Shown here piece by piece: positions 22,238-33,830 of a stretch of DNA of 34,381 bases; position 1 is the stretch's first letter, and each line of letters begins with the position of its first letter. Source of the stretch: Diploschistes diacapsis (lineage: Eukaryota); contig JALAIB010000085.1 in the NCBI GenBank assembly GCA_023645945.1, positions 1 to 34,381 of the forward strand, given 5' to 3'. The notes below the pieces were generated by a model. It saw nothing but the letters and a program-made list of their open reading frames with translations, was not told the DNA's origin and made no database searches. The position numbers and the translations under genes are program-made.

Positions 22238-22658
22238 CTTAGTCTCCTCCAGCTCTGTAGCCTGCAGACACCAAAACTGGAGGGTGGGCCGCAGAAAAGG
22301 TCATTAATAAGAAGCAAAGGTCCCTGTAAGCACATCCACCTCTAGTCAGTACTGTTTCACTATGTTACGATTAAGTAATAGTCATGGAAGCCAGTTGCTT
22401 CATATTATATACCCAGACTCGTCAAGCATGAAGCTCTCTTTCTTTTGTCCTGCGACCAGAGGATCCCAATGTTTACATCGCACAAGTAAAGTTTGCCGAG
22501 CTGCATCGAGGCTCTACGGAGTTAAGGCCCGTCAAGTCCGATGACGTAGAAACTCTACCGCACTCTAGGCCGTTTGTTTGCCCTATGCAAAGGCACTTCC
22601 TTGACACTGTTTCGAAGATGTTATAGCACGAGCATCTTAAGATGCTCTACTTAAGATA

Positions 22659-23466
22659 TCAGTACAGGAACAACCGCTGCTTCGCATCATCGACGACCCA
22701 TTCGATACCAGTGTCCAGATTCATTCCGGTTATTGCGCTACATGATATGATCTTCCACTGGTGTGTCTTGATGGAGGCCAGGTCAAGATGCTACACTGTG
22801 TTATTTCAAATGCTCCTCATGAGTTAGCCTATGCTCACCTTCTGGACTTCTTCGGTCGTCATACAATTCTCCACATCCGTCTTATTTAAGAAGATTAGTA
22901 GTGACGCGCCCGCCAATCGCTATCCTTGTTAGCCTCCAGGTATCTGCTGCAAGTAGGGCCTTGAAACGGACCTCTTCGAGTAGCAACCCGGCTAGTTCCT
23001 GCCTACAATCCTCAATTCGAAGCCTGTCTGTGGAATCTACGACCCATATCAGAGCATCGGTTTTCTCGAAATAATTTCGCCAGTATGTGCGTAGCGTCTT
23101 TTGGCCGCCCACATCCCCTATGCAAGTCTTCATGAGGATTATTCGAATACCTCGGGACGTTTTGACCCACAAATGTTCAACTTGTACCTATTGTCACGGT
23201 CAGATTGTTGCTGATGAGATACACAAATTGCACATACTCCCCGTACTCAATGGTCTTGATCACGAAGCCTAGGGTTGGGCTAACAGTATTCACGTCCTCC
23301 TTCATTATCTTCTTAACTATTGTCGTCTTCCCAGCATTGTCCAAGCCCCTGCAATATGTCAGCCCGCCTTGCCTAGCGGCAGATATATGACCTGGGTTCT
23401 CCTTCACAGCATGAGGATCCTCATCTCCTTATCCTTAAGCCTTGCTTTTCTAAGTATCGAGAGCAT
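22659..23466 (-). CDS. ARL2: ADP-ribosylation factor-like GTPase 2 (ARL2/Cin4/Alp41; 181 aa)
   Basis: Six exons: 23466-23408, 23348-23238, 23187-23171, 23117-22972, 22919-22839, 22790-22659. Translation [29 protein letters not shown]...[21 protein letters not shown]...NKTD...CSAITG...AKQRLFLY. Confidence 0.95.
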
Positions 23467-23647
23467 GCTTATATGGAATTGCGCAGCACCTCGCGTTTCT
23501 TATGTTAACTTGAGATGTGAAAAAGGACCTTCTCAGAACTATTGCTTTATTTAGCATTGAATTCGTTGCACACAGTTGTTGAACTGTAGGAAATGTATTT
23601 CCATGGATACTCTAACTTAATCAAGAGAAGAATTGCTTACATAACAC

Positions 23648-23659
23648 TATCACGTGATA
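23648..23659. promoter_or_regulatory. Palindromic E-box TATCACGTGATA (bHLH Cbf1/SREBP-type site) about 180 bp upstream of ARL2
   Basis: Perfect 12-bp palindrome containing RTCACGTG in the divergent ARL2/GNAT intergenic region. Function is inferred only. Confidence 0.35.
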
Positions 23660-24449
23660 TCATTTTGGACTTTGCTCTGAGCCCCAGAAGCTAAGTTCAC
23701 GCACGTTGCGAGACTAGTTGTATGGATTAATGATTTCATATCAGGTCGAGCCTGTCTCTCAACACCTGATGTTCAAAGGGATTTAGTTCAAGGTTTCCAG
23801 GCTTGAGCCAAGCAAGCCCCGAGCACTATGCGTGCGAAGTAGTCATGCGGGTAAGAAATGCACAAGTCCAGGTGGAATCCATAGCGAGATGGGGCGATAC
23901 CGGCGCTTTGAGATATGGGACACTGGAACGCAATGGCTGAGCAGAGGCTCGAGGAGAATCTATAGATTGAGTAGCGTGTCTTGTTTCCGCTGAGCGTTTC
24001 TCACCATACCCCTTCACTTAAGTATAGGGTTTGATAGAAGAACTACGCTAATGCTGTGTGTGTATGAAGGCTCCCTGAACTTCAAGATCAACTTCGTAGT
24101 CGCTATCCTTTTTGGAAAACATTTCCCAGCCTCTCTTTTTATGGCCCCAACATCAACACGCTTGCTTGTAGCGTTTCCCCCGTGCGTTAACTATCGCTAT
24201 AGAATACCAGATGTTCAAGAAGATTCATTAGTGCGATCAGCCAATCTCCATAACTGTATCATGAAAAATCCTGCCCCATCATCTATCATCTACCTCCATC
24301 CCACAACCATATTTCTCTGAATTCCATTTCCCTCTTATCACTCCTTTTATTCTTTGATAATACCGCTTCGGTCCATTGTCAGGCTTACCAAGCTCATTTA
24401 ATCAACTACAGAAGCCCAAGCTTAAGCAATACTAAGCACAAAAAAAGTG

Positions 24450-24928
24450 GTAAGTTCTCCAATTTCCTCCATCGCACTTGAAGGAACCTGTGAACGCTCT
24501 CCCTGAGCAGTTGTATTTTCATCATAGAATTCAGAGGCTAACCGTCACTCACAGCTTAACTCTCTCTGAGAGCAATCCTGTTACTCGGCTACTCTGGTAT
24601 GTAAGCACCACTGCTGTTACCCCTCAATCTGCCTACGTCTCCATATCGCATACGGCTGGCTTGACTCTTCATTCTCCCTATCTGTGGTAGAGCTGGTACC
24701 GAAAGCACTTTTTTCAAAATGCCACAAACGCGTGCAATATCATTGCCAAATCTGAACTCGAGCAACCCAACCGAACTCGTGAACACTTTGATAACACAGA
24801 CGCTGTGGCTGGGTTAAATAAGAAAATTTTCGCCTGTCTCTCTCTTCTCCAACTTCTTCATCTATTTTGGTCATTGGAGTCTCTTGCTGGTTTCTGTTCT
24901 CCATTTGCTAACAAACCTTGCCTCCTAG
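24450..24928 (+). other. Multi-intron 5' leader of the GNAT gene
   Basis: Intron 24450-24554 (GTAAGT...GCTAAC...CAG). Tandem donors GTATGT (24597) and GTAAGC (24601). Strong GCTAAC...TAG acceptor at 24928, and a possible acceptor at 24690. Confidence 0.55.
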
Positions 24929-24951
24929 ATCAGTATCGCTTATCAATTACC

Positions 24952-27900
24952 ATGACGGACGAAGGTCCTCGTAGTCCCACTGGGGCTGAATGGACTCGAG
25001 AGGACCTCAAAAGTAAGTGAATAATTCCCATTCGGATATCCTCGTGGGCTTCTTTTGACAGAGCTGTAGGAAAACACAAAGTACTACCATATCTTGAGGA
25101 AGAGGCTCTTGCTGCAGTCAGGATGTCAAGCTCATTCCCGATCCAGAAGATTAGAAGAGAGGTCTGGACCGACAAGGACATAGACGAATACATGGAAGGT
25201 GGTTCAGAGGTTAGGGCTAACATAGGGCAAGAGATGCACTTTTGGGAAAATATTGTGCCTTGTATTGCGTTCCGTAAGGCTCTCGATGATGTCTGTGCCA
25301 AAAGCAAACAAGGAGGTCTTGAAGGCTCACGCTATGCTCGCCCTGGATTCGCTGCAAACAAAGCAGCTAAGAAGAATCAGCCTGCAAAGGCCCCGGCTCC
25401 CATCCAGGTCACATCAGTGACTAAGGAGTCCACAAACTCCTCGAAGTCCAGGTCAAGTCCTTTAGTAACCGACTTTAAGTCCTCGAGCCAACTCAGTCAG
25501 TCAGGCCAGCCTATCTTTCAAACGAAGCAAGATGTTCCACCGAAAAATGCAGAAAAAGGCAAATTGGGAGGACTCGGTTCATCCTTGTGGGGTATAAAAG
25601 CTCAACCGAAGGCAGTTGAGCATTACAATACTCCTAGGGCTGTGGAACAGAAGAGTGCTCTGAAGATTGTTGAGCCGAACGGTATACCAGAGGTTGTCCA
25701 TCAATTGGATACTCCGAAGGCCACACCGGAGGCCGTTGATCACACCAGTACTCCAAAAGTCGATGACAAGGATAGTACACTAAAGGCCGTTAACCAGAAC
25801 AGTATGCTAAAGGCCGTTGATCAAACCAATTCTACAAAGATCCCCAATCAAACCACCATGCCGAAGATCGCTGGACAGACTGGTACGCCAAAAGTGGCTG
25901 AGCAGAACAATATCTCAAAGATCGGCCCAATCGACAACCCAGAGCCTTCCACGGTAAAGAACAAGGGTGGCCTGGGTGCATCTTGTTGGACTGGGAAAGC
26001 TCAATCGCAGGTCGCCCTCTCGGCGAATGCTCAAAAGTCTTCTCACACTGATTTGAAGATAAAGGGCAAGCAAGTGCCTTCTAACGTAGTAGGTGGCCAA
26101 TCCACTGGCCCAGGACTTTCCCAAGCAAAGAAGCAGGATGGCCCTGGATTATCACGTTGGACAGCTCCAGCTCGAAAGAATGGCTGGAAGCGTCGCAAAG
26201 ATATCAAGTCGTCTAGAACTAACGTTAAAATGGAGCCATTCGCGAGTAAGAACGAAGCCCCTTTTTCATTGGAAGCCAAAGAGGCTGTTGTACAACCTGT
26301 TGAAGTAAAGACCCCAGCATCTGGCATTAATGTGGTTGGTTTAGCAAACTCAGTTCATGCTGGAGGCTCCTCACAAATTCCTTCCAACTTTATGCCCAGT
26401 ACCTATGTCAAGGAAGCCCGTGTGAAGAGATTTTTGCAAGAAGTGAAAAGTGAAACAGAGCCGACTCCGGCCCATGCCAAGACCTCGTCCGAAAGCAAAT
26501 CGGCAACCTCAGGTTCGAAGTCTAGCATTGACAAAGTTCCATGGCCTCATATATCCGATGTCGACACAAAGGTTCAATCTCCGACATCGTTTGGCTTAAC
26601 CAAAATCAGCGACTCGTCTCCTAATAGCAGCATGGAGATTCCGCATCATCTCCTCAAATACATGGAGAGCTCTCCTTGTTCTCAGGAGTCTGAGAGCACG
26701 AGCCCAAAGATCCCTTCGCATCTTCTCAAATACATGGAAGATGCACCGTCCTTTAAAGTAGCTGGTGACGTCTCTTCTACCACCGAAAACATCTCCAAAG
26801 GTTTTACGACTTCGGGTGAAGCTGTCTCTACTAGTCCAAGCTCCAATACTTCATACGGTCAATACGTAGAAGACAAGAAAGAAGCCGTCACTTGTGAGCA
26901 GAAGACGTCCAGTCCGGAGAAGCCTGAACAACCTCGTGGATCACAGGAAACAGAAACTTCACAGGAAAAGGGCGAAGCACCAAAGGCCACGCCCAGTGAA
27001 AAGTCAGCCAATCGCCTTTCGGCATCCTATTATGTACCGCCACATCTTCGTAGTCTTGCAACGCAGAACCAGAAGACTTCTAAGCAAGATCAGCTCGCAA
27101 CCGCATCTAAGGGTGAAGCTCGTGAGATTATCAAGGGAGATGATAGAGCTTCGGGCTCCACCGCTCCACATCAAAAAGGCTTTGTTTCTCAAGAATCCCC
27201 AAAGGCATGTAGCAATGTCGGCTCTCAGCTCAAGGGTTCACGGGCGGTTGAGCGCCTGGATGGTTACGAGCCTCCTCATGTGCAGGGTCTGCAGCCTACT
27301 TCAGTTGGGCTTCCAATAATGAATGACGTACCTACTGCTGAGCAGAATGTGACACGCCTGGAGAGCATTACTGGCAAAGAAAGTAGCAAGATCCTTCCAC
27401 CTCACTTGAGGGTAGTCGCGAAGGCTGAAGCAGACTCTGCCACTTTGATGAAACAGAATGCTTCCCAAGTTGATGTGAAGACTGCTCCTGCTATAGAAGG
27501 GAACACAAAATCGGAGACTTCAAGTGTCGAAATAATTGTAGGCGAACGAAGCAAACTTACCAAAAGGCCGATTCACAACTCTGACATCAAAGAACCTTGC
27601 CTGCGTGGAGATAAGTCCCTGATTGTCAACAGTCTTACTCGCAATGCTGACGAGGCTCCTGCTGACAACGCAAAGGAGCAAGCTGTCAAGTCTAATATTC
27701 TTACCTTATCAGAGGCGCAACCAACGAAAACTGGGAACGACACAATTGAAGCCGCTGTTCAGGCAGCTGACTCTCCGCCTAATGGCAAAGAAGGTTCAAT
27801 GCAAACGCCCACGAAGATCCAAACATTTTTGCCCGACCACTTGCGCAATGTCTTTGCACCAATTCACCTCAACGAGCAGCAACCCAAGAAGCCTATCGCG

Positions 27901-29841
27901 GGGGTCGTTTCGGCGAAGACCAGCAAGGTGAACGATTACTGGAGCAATGGCAAGTTCCTTACCAAGGCGCAAGATGGTGCACAGAAGAAAAATTCGCCCG
28001 AGGTGGAGGTGAAAGACATGATTGAGAGATACCTCAACCCGTGGCAGCAACCCAAGAAGAAGTCTCAAAACCAAGCAAAGGTGACTGGCTTGAAAACACT
28101 GAAGAAAGACAAGGATGGCTTGGTTATCCTTCCTCGTAAGCCAGGAATGATCTGGAAAAAAGAGATGCAGCAGGAGCTGGGAATTCGTATCGTCCTCTCT
28201 CGCCCTCTCAAAGAATTGAAGCAGGAACTCAGGGATGAAGGGGAGACATTCCGCGAAACCGATAAGGTCTATCTCGATCCTTCTGCCTTTGGTGAGCAGC
28301 TGTCGGTCCACTCTTCAGAAGCCGCCTTACCGGAGAAACACAAAACCGGTTATAATCGTCCCGAGCCCAGGGTCGGTATGTGGGAGTGCCTGGCGGAGAA
28401 GCCACTTGATGGATCAGCTGGCAAGAAGGTCAAGTACGTTCATATTCGTGCGGAGGGCATGGACCGTAAGCGCGACCTCGTGCCTGGCGAAGATGACACC
28501 ACTTTGCAAGGGAAGACCGTGATGATTACTACCACTTGGCACGTCGGTCGCCTCAACCGCTGGTTGGACGAATTAGTCGAAAATGCGTTGAGTTACGGTT
28601 ACAAGCTTGACATCAATGATCCAGGGTTTCGAGACGGTACGGTTGGTGATACTGGATTAGCGGATATCGCCGTCAGATTCCCCCCAGATGTCCTTCATCC
28701 ACCCATGGATCCACCCAACTTCGGTCAAGAAGAATGGGATGCTGCCGAAGAAGAGGGGCCAGCACACGAGGAGGACGTTTACCGTCTCGTTGAGGTAGAA
28801 GAGCGCGAAGACCGCCGTCTGCAGACCGTTACTAGAGCGATTACCAAACGGATGGCGGAGGGGCTTCAGCTCCTTCAGGACCGCAAGCGCCACAGAGAGT
28901 TCTTGAAAGAACAGAAGAAGTACGAATACAGCCCGACGTCCAAGCTCCATGTTCCCGATTCCTTTGGGCGCCCAGATGAGCGCGATAATCCCTTTGATCC
29001 TCGTCTATACATGTACATGCGTCCCGCCCGCGCCACCGACTTTGATCTTATCGCCGAGCTCTACAACTGGTGGGGCCGTCATACTATTCACGCTCCTCAC
29101 TCTTCGCCTGTTTCACAGGAGTACTTCGCAAGCGTCTTCGAGACATGCAAGGTGCAAAACCTCCCTTTCCTTGTCGCCTGCTCGTGGAACGACAAGATCA
29201 AGAACCGCCGCCGCAAGGTAGCTGGGCCCAAAGTGCACCGGGAGCGCATCATCGGCTTTGCCTTCGCCAAGCGCTTCCGCGACGAAGAGGTATTCAAGCA
29301 CACCGTAGAAGTCTCCGTGTATGTCGACCATGACTGCCTGCGCCTGGGCATCGGCAAGAACCTCATGGACCGCATGCTGCCTTGTCTCGACCGCTCATAC
29401 AAGTCCCATATCGCGACCGAGTTCTTTCTGGAGGACCAGTCGTCGGCCAACTTCGAGCGAGGCGGTCTTAACTCGACGAGGAAGATTATCGTCTCAGTCT
29501 ACCACGTATCAGAGACAGCCCAGGAGAAGGAAGAGCTGCTGTGGAAGAAAGGAGCGCTCGCGAAATTCGGCTTTCAGCCTTATGCGAACTTCTACAACGT
29601 CGCTAGCAAGCACCTCGACCCTTCGCGCATTGGATATGGCACTGGGTAAGTTTTGCATTTTGATGGGCTAACCCACTCTTGAAGCTTTCTCCAACAACCT
29701 TACCGAAGCTGACTTCTTCCCTGCAGATACTCAATGGCCCAGTTCATGCGTGAAACCACGAATGAGCCCTGGTACAAGGGCTCGGGGTGGTACAAGCCTA
29801 AACCTGCGGCTCTGCACGATGTTATCAACTTTGCTGCATGA
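24952..29841 (+). CDS. Large disordered protein with C-terminal GNAT acetyltransferase domain (YncA/phosphinothricin acetyltransferase-like; ~1583 aa)
   Basis: Exons 24952-25012, 25070-29645, 29727-29841. GNAT motifs: MRPARATDFDLIAELYNW, LPFLVA, IIGFAFA, HTVEVSVYVDHDCLRLGIGKNLM (acetyl-CoA R/QxxGxG loop). Confidence 0.82.
25606..25941 (+). repeat. Degenerate 27-bp (9-aa) coding tandem repeat, ~12 units
   Basis: PKAVEHYNT/PRAVEQKSA/LKIVEPNGI/PEVVHQLDT/(PKAT)/PEAVDHTST/PKVDDKDST/LKAVNQNSM/LKAVDQTNS/TKIPNQTTM/PKIAGQTGT/PKVAEQNNI/SKIGPIDNP. Confidence 0.75.
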
Positions 29842-30196
29842 GCGCACCAAACCATATGGGCAACAGGGCGGGCCGGATGGCTTTGGTAATTCTAACGGCG
29901 ATACGGTCCAGATCTCTCCTCCCATCGCATCTCTCCTCACCTCTTCGATCGAGATCTGTCGTTCGAAACCTCTCTTACTGTGATCGAGGTTTTGGCTACG
30001 GGTTCTCTCACTCAGCTCCGTGATCGAGGTCTGGACAACAACAACTTACGACTATGTACACGCAAGGAATGGATGGACGACGAGGACTTTGAGATAACAG
30101 GTGCAGTATCCATTAGGCCGATCCAGCCGAAAACAGGTTAAAAGGATAAACCTTGCAAAAAAAAACAAAGAAAGAAATAAGGAAGGGAGAAAGAAA

Positions 30197-30236
30197 GGAA
30201 GGAAGGAAGGAAGGAAGGAAGGAAGGAAGGAAGGAA
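30197..30236 (+). repeat. (GGAA)10 microsatellite between the convergent GNAT and LAMMER genes
   Basis: Ten perfect units embedded in a longer purine tract. Confidence 0.95.
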
Positions 30237-31085
30237 GAGAGATAGATAGGCAAAAGGATGGCTAGGAGGTGATAATGAAATGGGTTGTTATATGTATGGT
30301 TGTGTGCCATGCATGTGCTTTTGCGTTGATCTGCTTTGCTCTGTGCCTGCCTGCCTGTGACGAAACGCCTGCGAGGTCGGTATCTACTTTACTCACGGAT
30401 TGCCGGGTGTACGACCCGGAGGTCGCGGAAAACATAGATATGGATCTATTTATATGGACCCTGGGCCATCATTTGATGACAGCCTGCCAACGGCTACCTA
30501 CCCCGTACGGGAGAAACCCGACGATATGCGGGACGAGAACCAGTTATCTAGAACTGAAAGCGACTACGACAGCATAGTTACATTTTTCAATATGATAGGC
30601 CGCCGAGTCAAGTATTCGAAACGAGCTTGGGGGTGTAATAGATACACATAATCCTAGCCCTAATCCTAGTCCCCTGTCCCTCCTTTTCTTCCCGGCCTCC
30701 TCGTCCCCCGTTCCCGTCCCCGTCGCCGTACCAGTTCGATTCCAATTCCAAGCCCGAGTAATCAAGTCGTCGACATTCGTTAAGAGTGTGAGCGCTCGAG
30801 CGACGTTAGATCCGACCATCTTGCGACCTATTCCCCCAGATGCCCATCAATGCGTACAGACTTTAGTAGTCACTAACTTCTCGGTAGTAAAGGCCAAGGC
30901 TTGATTGTCGATGAAGACCTGTCTGGGGTGAACGCCAGTATAATGATGTAACGCATATAAGGTACGTAAAGAATACGCTTGCGATCCCCTTGTAATTCTA
31001 ATGCAGTGCCGCCCTCTGTATCGCCCATCCGTCATTGGTTCGTCCAAGGTCGCTATGTACAAGTTCGTGTAGGAGTACTCATGCG

Positions 31086-33297
31086 TCACCGTATGCCGTT
31101 CGTGGAGGCAGATGCCTGGCGTTCGCGTCGGATACGCACAGCCTCGGTGCCGTCATCGACGATACTCTCCTGAAACCAAGGGTGCTGGAGGGCCTCTTTG
31201 GCGGTGATGCGCTTGTTCGGGTCGTAGACGAAGATCTTCTTCAGGAGGTCGAGGAACAGCTTGTTGAAATTGGTGTGGTTGGTGTGTGTAACGGGGATGA
31301 TTTCCTAGAATGGGTGAGTTTAGAATAAGAGTTAATGTGGAGAGTGACCTACAGCGAGGCTCTTCATAGCCTTCACGTAGCTTCTGGATGCCTTGCTGGC
31401 ATCTTTGCCGGGGTAGTCAAGTTTATTTTGCTTGAAAAATCTGCACCCTTTAGTTTAATGCCAACGGTAAGAAAAAGAAGAGGGACTTACTTCGAAGCAC
31501 TGTTGTTATTCCCCCTGGCATGCGTGACCTGACGAATGATTTTCGCGTCGATCTTGGACGAACACACGGATTCCATCATGGCAAGATGCTCGAGATTGTC
31601 GTGCGTTTGAAAAAGCGCGTCTCCGGTAAAGAACTCCACCAAAATACATCCAACGCTCCAGATATCACAAGCGTAGCTCCAGCCGAGGTTCAGAATAATT
31701 TCCGGAGCACGATAGTGGCGGGTAGAAACTACGGTGGAGTGGTATTCGTCGTTAAAGGTTGCAGATCCAAAGTCGATTAGCCGAATGTCTGTATCCAGAA
31801 GAACTCGTCTCTGTCGGGCCGTGCGCTGCGTAGCAGTAGATGAAGAGGGGATGTTCTTGTTGTAGGTAAAGGTCTGGTATGAATTATTCACCAGCAGAAT
31901 ATTCTCGGGCTTCAAGTCCGTGTGGATGAGTTTGAGATCGTGGAGGACTGAGCATGTTAGCTCAGCATGGATATTGAAGACTCGAGCTACTCACAAGCAA
32001 CGCTGGTCAGTAGCTGTCGTGCAAAGTTCTGGATCTGACTGCTTGGGAATGGTACAAAGCAGTTGGCCTTGAGGAAGTCGAAAACGCTTTGCCCGAGCAG
32101 ATCCGTGACTATGCAGATGTGATTTCGGAAATCGAAGCAGTCACGTAGGTGAATGCACTTGTTCCTATTTTCGGAGTCGTTCTGAGCTAGCGTAGAGAGT
32201 ACTCGAAGCTCGATTCTCGAAGCATCACGGTACTTCTGCACTGAGCGGATCACCTTGATCGCACACTTGCTTCTTTTTCGCTTGTCGTAGGCCTCAACAA
32301 CTTTTCCAAAAGTGCCTTGACCCAATAGTCGTAGTATTTGATCTACGAAAGCCGTTAGAGCCATCAATCTTGGCTGGTAGAAGAAATGTGGCTCACATCT
32401 TTCGGAAAGATCAGAGTTCTCAAGGATTATGAAGTGACCGTCTTCGTCGTCGACTCGCTGGTGATTTTGAATTGCCTGTCAACATCAGCATTCATCCACC
32501 AGACAGGAGCAGGCGGCGTTCCCCACCTCTTTGATGACCCTCACAGGGACATCCGTGGCTTTGACGGGCGGCTGCTTCGGTGGCACGTAACTGCTCAAGA
32601 CATTTTCGACTTCTTTGCGCTTCTTCTCGATGGTGCTGGTGGTTTGTCGAGTGATTCTTTTTCTTTTCTGTCCCGTGGCTTGTGCATCGCTGGGGCCGTT
32701 CGTGCCAATGCTTCCGTGCGATCCAAGAGAAGTCGGGGCCGTTGTGTGAATCGAGGTCGTCCGGTCTAACGAAGTGGTGTTCGAGTTTGAGTGGATGTAT
32801 TGAGGGGTGAGGTGATCGTAGGAAGTTTGTACGGTATCTTGGGCTTGCCCCGTTCTCCTCTTTTTGGCTGCTGGCTGAGCACCGCCTCTGATCTCGGTCT
32901 GAGGATTCTGGTTTGGCATTCGAGCTGAGCTTCTCGTTGTGGGAGGGGGGGTGTCGTCGATGACGATGATCTCCTCTGGGACCCCATTTCGATAGAATTC
33001 GTTCCAGTTTGGTTGACGTTTTGCCTTCCCTCCTACCATACTCGAGGTACTCTGGGGAGAAGCGATCGAGGTCGAAAGTGCAGGCTGTCGTGTAAGATTT
33101 GTAGTGTTTCGGTTCGAATTCGCAGCGATGTTCGGGTATGAGGCGTAGGACTGGCCAAAGCGTGTGGCTCCACCCAAAGCCGTCTCTCCGGTACTTTGAA
33201 CAACAGTATTCGGCTGGTAAGCCTGATAGTGCGAATGCCCGTAGTGAGCAAGATGAGGATGAACAGTCGTGGCGGTTGCTGTAGAGGGCGTCGACAT
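31086..33297 (-). CDS. lkh1: LAMMER/CLK-family dual-specificity protein kinase (Lkh1/Kns1; ~653 aa)
   Basis: Exons 33297-32527, 32475-32397, 32342-31995, 31947-31491, 31440-31353, 31304-31086. Motifs: [50 protein letters not shown] signature. N-terminal [18 protein letters not shown]. Confidence 0.95.
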
Positions 33298-33304
33298 TTC
33301 GTGG

Positions 33305-33337
33305 TCAACGGCCGTCCTCGACCCGGGCTTGGTGCAT
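33305..33337 (-). promoter_or_regulatory. uORF MHQARVEDGR* ending 7 nt upstream of the LAMMER kinase AUG
   Basis: ATG at 33337 with A at -3, and TGA at 33307-33305. It lies downstream of all candidate acceptors of the leader intron. Confidence 0.5.
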
Positions 33338-33794
33338 GCTCTGCAATCTAGAGGTTACGAGACTAGATTTGACTATTGTCAGTAGCCTTTTCGAGATAGA
33401 TCCAAGAGCAAGGTGTGGGGAAAGCCGAGATAGACTTACGAGGCTCCATTGGAATTTGAGATGGTGGAAACGAAGTAGAGTGGTGGCAGCAGCAGTAGTA
33501 GTAGTGTGTGACTCTCGCGTCACCGCTCACAAGTTGGGGAGATGTTAGTGGCTATGTAAAACAGCGATCAAATGGAAGATTCATATAATCCCTTCGAAGA
33601 TTTCGCACAAGACTGAGAACAGTGAACACAATACAGTGAATTGATGGTAGTTTTCACGACAGAGTTGATGGAAAATGATGTTAATTCTGCCGGTTCCGGT
33701 CCCAGAGTTACTTACTACCACTGCAGTATCTCACCGGATTACTAGAAGACTCGTAAGGTAAGTAAGTTGTAGTTGTAGTGTAGCATTTCCCCCC

Positions 33795-33830
33795 CCATTA
33801 CCCTGCCCATTGCCCTGCCCATTGCCCTGC
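33795..33830 (+). repeat. 12-mer tandem repeat CCATT(A/G)CCCTGC x3 upstream of the LAMMER kinase
   Basis: Directly visible. Nearby are ATCACGG repeats (33903-33930), CTGA/CTGG repeats (~34007-34040) and (GT)n (~34108-34122). Confidence 0.8.

Noticed and set aside
23729..23772. ATCAGGT...ACCTGAT inverted repeat with TGAT/CTGA, considered as a C/D snoRNA
   Set aside because: No canonical RTGATGA box C, and a 7-bp stem is expected by chance.
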